Below are positions 1 through 12,100 of a DNA stretch of 60,000 bases, one piece after another. The translations under genes were made by a program, and so were the position numbers. The notes under the pieces are model-generated. The model had not been told where the DNA came from. It made no database searches and saw nothing but the letters and a program-made list of their open reading frames with translations. Positions within the stretch are counted from its first letter, which is position 1; each line of letters starts with the position of its first letter. The DNA is taken from NCBI RefSeq assembly GCF_037042905.1, contig NC_087245.1, positions 38,380,001 to 38,440,000 of the forward strand, written 5' to 3'. The stretch comes from Lytechinus pictus (lineage: Eukaryota).

Positions 1-157
1 ATGAGGGAGTTGTCTGGGCGGAGCTCCAACCGCGCTTTGGACTTGTAGGAAGGGCAGATGAAGGAGCTGAAGATCCAATGTTTGAGAAGTCAAAAGCCTG
101 GACGAGGTCTTCTTTAAGACCAAGGACAACTTGTAGGAGTTGGTGGATTAGGATGAC
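1..157 (-). CDS. VPS13B: VPS13B coding exon 16 (truncated by window edge)
   Basis: ttgtacag|GTC ATC CTA; open to base 1. Confidence 0.8.
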
Positions 158-3100
158 CTGTACAAAGATAAAATCACACTCTTTGTTATCAAATCATCCA
201 AAATTGTGCAGCATGAGTTGTTATTCATACAAAGAAAAAATGATAAGATATCCTAGCTGTCTTACAGCACCTACACTTGGTAACCAGTTCAGTTTTGATT
301 CCAATTTAAGATTTGGTTCTAATTTATTTACCTGAGCATCTGAGCACTTGACGATGACTGCAGGCATATCTGTGTGTATACCCAGGCCAAGGCCGGGTGC
401 CTCCCCTGTTTCAGAGGGAGTGTGCTTGTTGGCTGTAAGGGCCAGAGTTGTGGAGATTGCCATTGGCTTTAGGAGGTAGTACACCCTCTGGCAATCATGG
501 ATGGAGTAGATGGAAAAGTCTCTTGCCTTGATGGTCCAAGGAAACTTCTCACCTGAAATTCAGTGAAATAAAGAGTTAATTGATCTCTCAAAAGGGGAAG
601 TTCACCCAAACCTGATGTAAAATGAGAAAGTCATAACATTTTAAAGTTTTTTCTTTAATTTTATAAAAAACGTATATGCACAACTTTGTCAGCATGCAAA
701 TGAGGGGACTAATGATGTCACCCACTCACTGCGTATTTCTTATTTCATTATAAGAAATATAAAATTATAAATCATACAGTAAAATTTCAATTTCTCTTTA
801 TTATGAGAAACAATGTTTTATTTCTCCCTGAACAAGTGAAATTGCAAATTTTATAACCTATCGTGATTTGCTTAAGTGTCTCCTTAATATCAAATCTGCA
901 AACATAAAAATATTGTATAATTCATACAATAAAAAGAATTGTTACATGGAACAGGTATCTGAGCTGTTCATAAAAAACATAAGAAGAGGACAGAGATAGA
1001 GATGACAAACAACAAAGAAGAAAAAGTAAAAATAAAAGAAGGTAAAAAGAAGACCAAAATGAGAAGATAAGGATGACGACAATGAGGATGGTGAAGACGA
1101 GGATGAAGACAAAGAAAACAGAGATAGATATATAATTTCTTTTTTAAATAGAACAAAAGGCAAACCTGGATCTTGGGGTAGGTCCATTCTGCTGAGAGGA
1201 ATGTCTTGATCGGCGTCAACGGCTTTATGACCCGAGCTGTGAACAGAAAGGGCTGGTACGCACACCACTAACACTGAAGGAGGTGAGTCTGACCCTTGAC
1301 CTCCAGGGGTCATGAGGTCACAGAGGCACTGAGTGATGGAGGTGTCTGGTGATGGGAAGGCGAGATGCTTCGTCGGCCAGGCAACGATACACGGTGAAAC
1401 ATCCACCTGAGGTCAGAGAAGGTCAAAGTGTATCAACGCTTGAAAATAACATTGACAGAGATGCACTTTAAAGTCAAAATGACAGAGGTCTTTTAAAAAA
1501 ACAAGTAGGCAATTCTCACCTGGTGGGTGTTTCATAAGTAAAGAGCGATTTTAAGAACAACTGGTGACGCTTTCTTGTGGTAAGTGATATATTCATTGAC
1601 AATGGTTTAGCGCGTAAGAAAGGTTCACCAGTCATTCTTAAAGTCGCTCTTAACTTACAAATAACTTTATGAAATGGCCCCCTGTTTCAGGCATTTCAAC
1701 ATAGCAGGAGTGTTGATTTTAAATTTTAAAAATACAAACCTGAATGATTAGCTCTTTCAGCTTCCCTATAGATTCATGAAATCGGTTGACTTGGCTGCTA
1801 CCTTTAGCCTTTGTGACATCATCACTTTCCATGACAGCAGTGGCTGTCTGGGACTTCTGCCTGCTGAACTTACCGCCACTTTTGGGGCCCTTGTAGGTCT
1901 CAGTTCCTGCAATTTGTAACAACAATTGATACAGGAAATATTTATTGAAGAGACGGTACAATTTACAAACCTCCTTGAAAGGAATTGTGAGTTTATCTGT
2001 GCTTCTTGACAAATTAAACTATGTTACCTAAGAATTTAAGTGATCTGCTACTTTTTGTAACCTTGCATAAAACAAAGAGTCAATGTCTCTCACCACAGCA
2101 ATATGTGCAAAAATTCTAATAGAAAGTAATTGCTAAGCAAATATCAAAATGAGCATAAGATTCTGTCAGTACACAGGTCTTTTTCAATGACATAACAATA
2201 CACGTGCCCACATGTTCCTATCTGTTTTGGAATTTTTCAGCCAAGCTTGGCAGTATCCAAAAATTTTCCTGAATATTTTTTTATCATTCAATGAGTAAAA
2301 GTAAAACTATTCTGGCTACATACAGAATTTCGGTCTGACATTTACTTACAAAATGTTGGCATAACTTGACAAAACTTGGTCTTAAATCATGAAATCTAAG
2401 CTAAAACAATCACAATGAAGATCTCCAAAACGGACAAGCACATATCTGGACAGCATATTTTTATTGCTTGGAAAAAGGCCTGACATTTTTTGAAATACCA
2501 TGCTTATTTTGCTTATATCTCAGCAATTACACAATTTCTTCCAGAATCCCTTGGTGCATATTTTTGATTCATACAAACAAACACTTGGGTGGTCAATGTA
2601 TTGGATTCTGTATAAATTTGTTTTTAAACTGTTACCAAAACAGGCATTCATCTTTAACCCTTCTTTAACTAGGGGGGGGGGGCAAATTGACCCCCCCCCC
2701 TAGTATATCCCAGTCTGAAATAGCCCAATTCTATATTAGGGTTAACTAACCTTGTGATGATTCTTTCTTGGGTGGTGATCTCATCTCAGATGGTAAACTC
2801 TTTTCTATTCTATCTGGTGAATCCTTTGAGATGTGAGCGGTCACCGATCTCTTGCCTGGCTGGTAGAGTAACCATGAATAAAGCACTGGATCAAGGCAGA
2901 TAGCTGTTCCTTCAATCTTCAATAGGAGGGCACCTAGGGAACCTAAGTATAACAATATTGCATATATATAATGCTTAAAGGAGTAATCTGGAAAAAAAAA
3001 TAAAAATCTTAAGTGAAATTGGGTGTTAAATATGCAAATACTGTTTTTCACAAAAATATGCTTATTCTATTCTTTATGATTCAAAACAACTATTTTATAA

Positions 3101-6100
3101 TTCAGTTATACTAGCATGTAGTTCATAGTATAAAGAATGGTCATGCCAAAGTTTTTACATGATCAAGCGAATGAGCTTTAGATATGGGCATCATGTACCC
3201 CCCTTTCCCAGTCCTCAATACATCTCAAATAGCCCAGTCCTTTTAGGGTTAAAGTACTTTGCTGCGAAATTTGACTTTTGAATAGGATAAAGGATAACAT
3301 TTTTCTTCCTGTAATAAGGAGCAGATTTCCAGTATACCTTTATGTTTGTCATTCTGCGGTATCTGAGCAGTGATGGTTACGAGGCAAGCTTCTTCCATTC
3401 TCGGGCTAGTAACGGGGCTAGCAGAAGTCTGAGAAGTTGGTACTATGCTGGTTGTCAGATGGCACTTGCTGGTTTGGAGGGGACCTTGAAATACAGGTGT
3501 AGGAACTTCTCCACCTGCATAGATGAATCGAAGGTGATGAGACCCAAAAAATATCCAATTAAAACAATAATAAGGAAATGTCATTTGAATATCACAATAG
3601 ATACAGTTCATCAAATCGGCTGAAGTGTATCCACAGAAAATATTAAGGATGGGACATCATGTAGGAATAAAACATGCGGGTTCTAGGACATCTACCTCCT
3701 GAAGATCCACACTCCCAATGCATACATCATTGCTCATACCCACCTGGATGTTTAATGGCCACCTTTCCTTGACCGACGCTTCCAGAGACAGCCTTGACAC
3801 AGTCATTGACCACATACCTATACTCCACACTGGACAGACAAGCTACCATCTGAACTTGACCTTCTGATACTGCACTTCCTGCAGAGGAATGCAAGGAAGA
3901 ATCATAACGAATATTCAATAGATATGTTTGCAAAATATAGAACAAATTTTCATTTGGTCCCGAGAATGTAGGGTTAATAACAAAAGTGGAAAATTAGCAT
4001 ATCTAAAAGAGTATTCTTCTTCATACTAAAAACATTTGAAGATTTTCAAGCTGAATAAAGTACTTGATACAAGACTTTCTTTGACATCATTCTTCACAGC
4101 TTGCTTTGAAGTTACACTGATAATGGGCACCTCTCTTGCTAGAGTGAACCCTGAACTTCAAACCTTGTTTTCTCCTTTCGTTTGTCGCTCTCGCTGAATT
4201 TCTCATTCACTCAATCAAGTACTTGTTAGGGTCATTGTTGGTCAAATCTGACAAGTTATTCATCACCTTAAAGCTTAGGATGAGCTTATCCAATCTCAAT
4301 AAAAATCTCAAAATTTACTTTGGGTGACCTGGGGCCTGTCTTACAAAGAGTTACGATTGATCCGATCAATCGCAACTATGGAAAGCCAGCACAGTAAACA
4401 TATGAAATGTATGCCTGTTCAAAAAATTTTCTAGATATGAATGTATATCCATAAAGTCATTGATTTCTTGACAACTGAGTGTGTTTTCCTTTGTTTACAA
4501 AGGACATTTTGCAAATTTCCTGTAGAAAAAATTATGACACTAATGGATTTCCACCATCAGGGAACAGGGCCCTGCTGTTGGTTTGGGTATGGCTTGACAC
4601 ATATCAAAACAACACCTTCATACCAACCTGTATTTGTAAACACATCCTGCATCAGGCTAGTCTCGTGTAACCAGTGGTTTCTTGGAGTTTCCCCCATCCA
4701 GCTGTGCTGGATATATATGAGGAGAAGAAGCTGAGCCTTGGTGAAGTCTAATCTAACTGATGGTACTTCTAGCATCATCTCTGATTTGAGTATGTTTGGG
4801 TCAGTCCTGAAAGGTAATTGGAAAATTTATGAAGATCTAGTTCAGAAGAGAAAAGAATAACTAGAATGGCAATGATTAAATATGATCTTATATTGTGAGA
4901 CTTCCATGAAAATATCAATGTGGAATCATTCATACAGATATGCATGTACTTATATTGCATCAATATTTTTTTCCAATTTTGGCTTTATTGTTTTTCTAGT
5001 GTTTGAGAAATTTACCAACTTTGTCCTGCACTCAACCCAGGTAAGATGCATTGTTAATTCCTACAACGTACTTAGAGCTGGAAACTGCAGCTCTAGCTAC
5101 AGCCAGGATTAAAAAACAGTCTGCCTCTTTAAAAAAAAATAGATGGCGCTGTTATCATAATTATTCAGCTGTATCTTTCATGAACATCAGTTATCAGAGA
5201 CTAACCAGTACATAGGAAGGCACAATGATTTAGACAGTCCAGCAAAGCTGCATGGTTGGAGTAGCTGAATGTATTGGGGTGAGAGGTCATCGGTACAGGG
5301 GTCACAGGTCAAACCAGCTTGCAATCCAAATACCTGAATAGAGAATGACATAGAGAAGGTATAGAGAAATAAACAGAACATGAAAACGTGGATATAGGGG
5401 ACCCTTCCAGGCAAAAGCACAATAATATGCAAGATCAAACTGATAAATTGTGAATTCATTGACAAGAATTTCAAGCGGTCTGCTTTTATCAATCTCTGCA
5501 AATAGAGAATAAAGTAAATCTGGATAGTAGAACAAGCCAATAGCCAGATTTATTCTTGCCCACACATGACTACATAACATGAAGATTTTCCTAAGTACAT
5601 CCATTGCCAAGTTTAATTTCACCAAAAGTCTTGCCGGTCAACTTTAAATCTCTGACTTCAATTGATCTTTGGCCTCATCATAGTGTATCTAGGGCATCTA
5701 CCACCCAAGTTTGGTTGCCTTTGGACCAGCAGTTACCAAGCTATGCATCCTTACACATTTAAGACGGACGGACAATGGACGCCATTTGGATCCCTATGTC
5801 ACTCTTTCACTTCCGGTTGGTGAGACAAAAATAGGGGTAATTACTGGGTTCCAGGATTGAATTCATCATATATGTCAATGTACCCAGTTGCTGAACGAGT
5901 TAGGATCAAACGCAAATCCAAAAATCAAACACACCTTGCTTTTCAACCAATGAAATGAGAGTTTTGTGCACTTGCGCTTTATCCTTTTCTTTGTGTTTAA
6001 ATGCAACTCTTTGTTTCAATGAGCCCCCAGAACACTCTTCATCACTACTGTCAAGTTGTGTTTCAGTGACACTTTTCACAATTCAAGTACTTCTAAGCCA

Positions 6101-9100
6101 ATCAAAACCAAGAACTTCACTCTAATGATCAACGAATGACAATTGGTCAGTGATGAGAGCCTCTTAATTTGTGCAATAGGTTCCTAAGGGAAGATTGTAC
6201 CTTGATAGTTTTCTGGCCATAGCAGAGGTGCATAAGAGCAGAGCTGGGATGAGAAACCTTGCTGGCTGCAGCTATCAGTTGCCTTGCATACATGGGTACT
6301 GTCACTTGGTAGTCAACTCTCTCACATTGTACCTTCACAGCAGGGATTGCGGTATCTGGGACTACAGGTGAGAATGCACTTTCCTAATACAATAGAATGA
6401 AAGAACGAACATGCTAAACTTCCTTTACTACACAGATTTTTTACTTCAAATAACAATTTTTTTTTAAAGATAAAATTTAAGATGTGGACATCTCTGGTAA
6501 TCTCGCCAGAGTCTAGCAGCATTGTTGACTTTGAACACAAATAAGATGAATAATTTTTCAAGAGAATGAACAAAAAAAAACACACAACTTTGTTGACACC
6601 AAATGACCTCTGACCTTCACTTAAAAACTTGTTATTCACTTCATATTATTCATGATATCCGATAACCATCAAAGTGGCAAGGGGGTTTGACCTTGGGGTT
6701 CAGAGTCAGAAGATTTATCCACTTAGCCACATTGCCTCTACATAAACTGCAACAACTTTTAAAGGAGGGTTTTGAACCTTGTACTTTGTGGTTCAAAGTC
6801 AGGAGACTTATCCACTGGGTCACACCACCTCTACACAAACTGCAACTATTTTCATTTATCTTTAAGATGGGTTTTGAACCCTGGATCTTGTGCTTCAAAG
6901 TCAAGAGACTTATCCACTGGGCTACATCACCTCTACATATACTGCAACTACTTTCATTTATCTTTAAACTTGAATGGATCAGACTATAGCTGAATGTAAA
7001 CCTACCTCAGTGGAACCACTGGGATCATAATCTCCATGTTCAGAGGATCTGATGATCAGATGAAGACCAAGGATAGCAAAGTGGGAATGCCTCTGTGGAA
7101 TGCAATCTTCTAATCCTGCCACCTGTCCTGGAGTAGGCACAGCGCGCTTCTCATTGACCACCTCTGAAATATCAACGTTCATTGTCATGTATATAACTAT
7201 ATTGAACTTTTGAGGCATGTGATTTTCTTTGTGAAATTCAGATACTGCCCGCCAAATGACTTTTTTGAATCCTTCCTACAGATTGGTTTTGCTCACTCAT
7301 GTATGAATGAATAATCATCTAAGCTAGATCAGATGAAAGAGAAGACTATTCACGGTTAAGTTATGATGAAGCATAGAGGTTTCTTGGTTAAATTTTTTCT
7401 GGGATGCACTGAATATCACTACAAATGCATCTTGAATGTTATTTGAAAGACCAATGTGTGTACCAAGACTCATGAGCATTTGGCAGATACTGAGAAGGTA
7501 GATTAAACAAAAAGATTGACAACAGATGGACAGCCCCATCAACAGCCCCTCCTTCTCCTGATTCCTATATGCACATTTAAAGCCTTGTTTGGCAGGGGTT
7601 CATTGTATAAAGAAATTAATAATAGGAAACATCACATGGAATGCAAAGTTGTGGTAATCTGTACGATACTTCTTGCAGAGATCTCACTTTTGTTAGCAGC
7701 AAATCAGAAACTAGTTCTCCAAAATATACTTCCATATAATACCACTCTACCATTAATTGCTCCTACCCCCCTCCCCCCTCAATTCCATTCTTGTTTTAAG
7801 TCAGACACACAAGTGTCACTGACAATTACCTGGTTGGGGTGTACTGTAGGGTTGGTAGTCATGGTTACCAGCATAGAACGCGAACTGCTGAAGACGATGA
7901 ACAAAGGAGCTGCCGACATCGATGGAGGTCGGGGCAAAGACAAACCGTTTCCAGGAGGTCTCTTTCGTGGTAAATATTGGGTCCGTCTCGCTCTGGTGGG
8001 ATGATCGGCTAGAGCTATCATTACCTGGACATGATTTTTATCAAGAGTTCTAATAAGTGTTTTTCACGGGATAATTTGTTCTTTAAAAAACACATTCAAG
8101 AATTTATTGTAGTTTACAACAATACTCAGTGAATATCACTTATAGTTTCATGAAATGATTTATGGGTGTAGGACAGTAATTATACATGCATGCAAAGTAC
8201 AACAGTGTCAACCATCCATGCTCCTTATTTTGGGCTTCGAGCTGAAAAAGTGGGCATGGTCAAAAAGTCCCAAGAGGAGGGGGTGGTGGGTAACTTCCAT
8301 CCCAGTTTTCTTCTTTTTTTTCGTCAATTTTCTGAAATGTTACAACAAGGGCTCAAATTAGCAACTGCATTGAACCATGTTTCAGCATTAGGTTATTACC
8401 ATCAGGTCCTCTCAGTTTCTCATACGTGTAGAGGTAGTCCATCCAGAAGGCTCCATATTTCTTCATCGATATCTTCTCGGTGTAGACCGACTGGTGATGC
8501 TCCGCGTCCAGGATGTAAATGGTCTTCTGGCGATTGTTTTCCGGGCTGTCGCCATCAAACAGTGTCAGGGACAGGTAGTTGTTGGATTTGTCGCTGTAGT
8601 TGTCATGGCCAAGTTCAACGTAACGACTCTGACCCTGTGGGAATTAGGCAAGTAGAGGTTTTATAATCCAGCATTTGACTAGCCATACATTAGCATATCA
8701 GTTTTTACAAAATCTTGTCCTTGATAAAGTGTGCCACTTTAAAAATTGTGCTTCAATTGGTAAGGTCCTAACTAACTTTTTTCATTTACAATTGATTATG
8801 TAAAACAACTCTTGTCAACCAATTTATCTGATAATTGGTATGTTTGAGTGATTCTAACTCTTTAAATATAATGAATTAAATGCAAGATAAAAGAGACGAG
8901 TAACCTGTGCCTGACTGTTTATCAAGCATTCCCACACATATTTTTACTTATTAGCCATTCATTAATTGACAGCATTAAGTTTTAGTCAAATAACGCAGAT
9001 GTATGTATCCATCTGTGCACAGAATGTATGACTGCGCATATCACGTTTGTTAACTGTAAGTAAGCCAGACTTAAATCTAATAGGCGGCTGACTTAGATTT

Positions 9101-12100
9101 AAGCAAAATACTTTGCCCAAAAATGTGATTGAATATCAAAGCTGATTAATTATTTTACTTAAGCAAAATACTGAGTAAAGTATTTAAAATTATTGCATAA
9201 GTATCAAATTGAATATCTGCCCTTTTCAACGTCTGTGCCATGTCTTTTCGTAGGAATCCCGCGATAAAGACACTATGCATCTTTTCATAGCGGCTTTTGT
9301 TCATTTCCCATGGTTTTGTCTCTATGCTGAAGTGTGAGAATTGATAAAGATATGATGCTTGGGGGGCAGGATACCTCCGCGAAAGACACACCTCTGACTC
9401 TTGATAAGGTACCCTACCTGAAGTTCTTGTGCATGATTCTGGACACCACAAGGACATGACCCAACACCAGACAGATTCATATGGCTGATACCAAGCTGAG
9501 CAGCGAAGAAACCTTCTCCTTTCAGTAGAATATCAATGGCCATGCCTCCCATCTCAAAGAGTAAGGTCTGCTGGAAGCTTAGCTTTGGTCTGGTGTAAAG
9601 ACTACGTTCACTGACCGCATCAGTCACCTAGGGAAAAATTTAAAAGACAACCTATTTACCATTACTTCTCGTGGGTGTTTCATAAAGCTGTTCGCAAAGT
9701 TACGCACAACTTTACATACCACTGGAACATGATCTTCGGTGCTAGGTCAGCTACATAGGGATATATCATATAGCACAAGAAAGGGTCACAAGTCGAGCGT
9801 AAAGTCTTGCGGAACTTTACGAACAGCTTTATGAAACACCCACCCGGATTTCAAGCAGGATTGGCAATTTCCAGGGAGATACCTTTACTATACACCTAGG
9901 CAGGGTATACTTGGTAAATGCTGGGCAATTCCTAATTGTGTACACAGGAAGTTGTAGGTCAACCTTAAACCTAGATTGTGATAAATACCTTCCATTGGTC
10001 TCTTATCCGATTTTGATGAAATTTTCAGCATTGGGTGTTTTTTTTCTTTTCATCCAAATCTACTTTATATGGATTGGATTCACCCTTTAACAATCTAACA
10101 AATATTTACCAGTATATTTGGGAAAATTAGTAAATTTGTCAATGGAAAGGCTCATAATAGAATTCCTCTTGACATCATTATTATAAAGTAGGTAAATACA
10201 AATTTAGATTGTCAAGTATACTTTAATTTTACAAAAAAGCAAAATGTTTTTGACATATACGTGTACCTTGCAATGGTCATATACCAAACAGGAAATTTTC
10301 AAAAACTTTATGCATTAATGCATAGATTAATAATTACAAATTTCTGATCACTTGCCTTGAATTCAACAGAAGCTTTATCACAGAAGAAACCAATAGAAAG
10401 AATTGTGTCCTGGCGCTTTTGGAGTTTCCCACCACCATAACGATTGACTTCCCCTTCTTCTTGGTCTTCATCTTCGTCATACGTCAGGGCCTCGGGGACA
10501 AATGACCACGCCCAGGACGTCCAGGAGGAGGATGGATCCAAGTCTACGGGAGCTTCATCTGGATCTATAACCATTGAGATAAAAACATGCATCTTTTGCA
10601 GGGTGCTACATTAACTTATAAGAAGCACTTGCCCTGTCGGGCTATTAAATTTTTAAATAGTTGGAATATGCTTGCCTGAAAATCTATTTCACTTGCCCCA
10701 AAAATCCTTGAAAAAAAGTTTTACCTCTTCAAAAGAAAATATTGCGATTTCATAAACCACTGATCTTTTTTCTATCTTTTGACATGAACTGATGGACCTT
10801 GCATAATTTCCTTTTCCAAAGTGATTTTATTTTGTCCGCCATGACCAAATTTAGGGTCGATATATCGTAACGACCCTAATTTTGGTAATTCTACTGTGAG
10901 AATTTTGCATGCCCAATTCGGGCAAGTAGTTTTGGTCTTTACTTCAAAACACTTGCCCAGCTTGAACTTTTACTTCCCCGGGAAATCGGGCAAGTGCTTA
11001 TGTAGCACCCTGCATCTTGTGAACCGAAACAACGAGAGGTCCAGTTCTATGGGAGCTTCATCAGGATTAGAAAAACATATGATTCGTTTCCAAAGTGTCT
11101 CACTTCTTTGAAAGATCTGCTTATTTAGAGCACAAACTGATGAACAAAAGTAGTCATTTGCCCCATTACATAGAAGACATAATCTGGTGGGTGTTTCATA
11201 AAGCTGTTCGTAAGTTAAGAGCGACTTTAAGAACGACTGGTGATCCTTTCTTGTGGTAAATGGTATTGAATTGGCAATTGTTTAGCGCGTAAAAGGGTTC
11301 ACCAGTCGTTCTTAAAGTCGCTCTTAACTTAAGAACAGCTTTATGAAACGGCCCCCTGGTGACAATGCATTATGGCATTAGATGAAAATGAAATGAGTCT
11401 ACTTCTATTCATGAGAATTCTTTATGTCAGTATGTCTTCACAATGACTAATTTTACATTAGGTTTAGTCAAAGGCCAACTAAAGCGATGTTTTTTTTGGC
11501 ATTATCACAAAATTATTCATGCTTAAATCTGATAAAGATAAAAATACATTTTTTGACATCCATGAATAATCTCATAAACCCATTGGCCTGTAATCTGAAA
11601 TCAGATTTTACTTTGTAATAGACCATGGTCTAACTCTGTCCTAAAATTATGGGAAGCCAAACATCAAAATATGTTCACATGGTATGTTTCTATTTTGTTA
11701 ATATGTTTACTGTACTCTTTCTTGATTCTATAATGGTGAGGACAATTATCTTATTCACTCTTCCCAGACAGTTAAGAATGATTTGAGTCAAATTAGCTGA
11801 TACACTGAACCTCTACCATTAACGATTTATGCCACAACTGGCTATTCATAGTTACATGTACACCAAAACTTTAAACCAGAGTTTAATTTAAATCGGAATT
11901 CAAAATAGGGCCATTGTAATGAACTGCACTACTTCATAAATGAGCATGCAAATGGCAGACTTTAAAAAAAGTGAGAATAAGATTCTGTTTATTGTTTGCT
12001 CCCTTTCAAAATAAAAATTGATATCATACCAAATGTATAGAAGTCAATAAGATAAGTGGTAGGATCTGTACAAAAAGCAGAACAGCCAATCCAAATTTCT

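Noticed and set aside
3812..3818. Strong-looking donor AG|GTATGT inside VPS13B exon 10
   Set aside because: It does not give phase 1, which the next acceptor requires; the frame stays open to the donor at 3743.
7516..8666. Plus-strand ORFs of 162 and 158 aa
   Set aside because: They are antisense shadows of VPS13B exons 4 and 5 with no recognisable domain.
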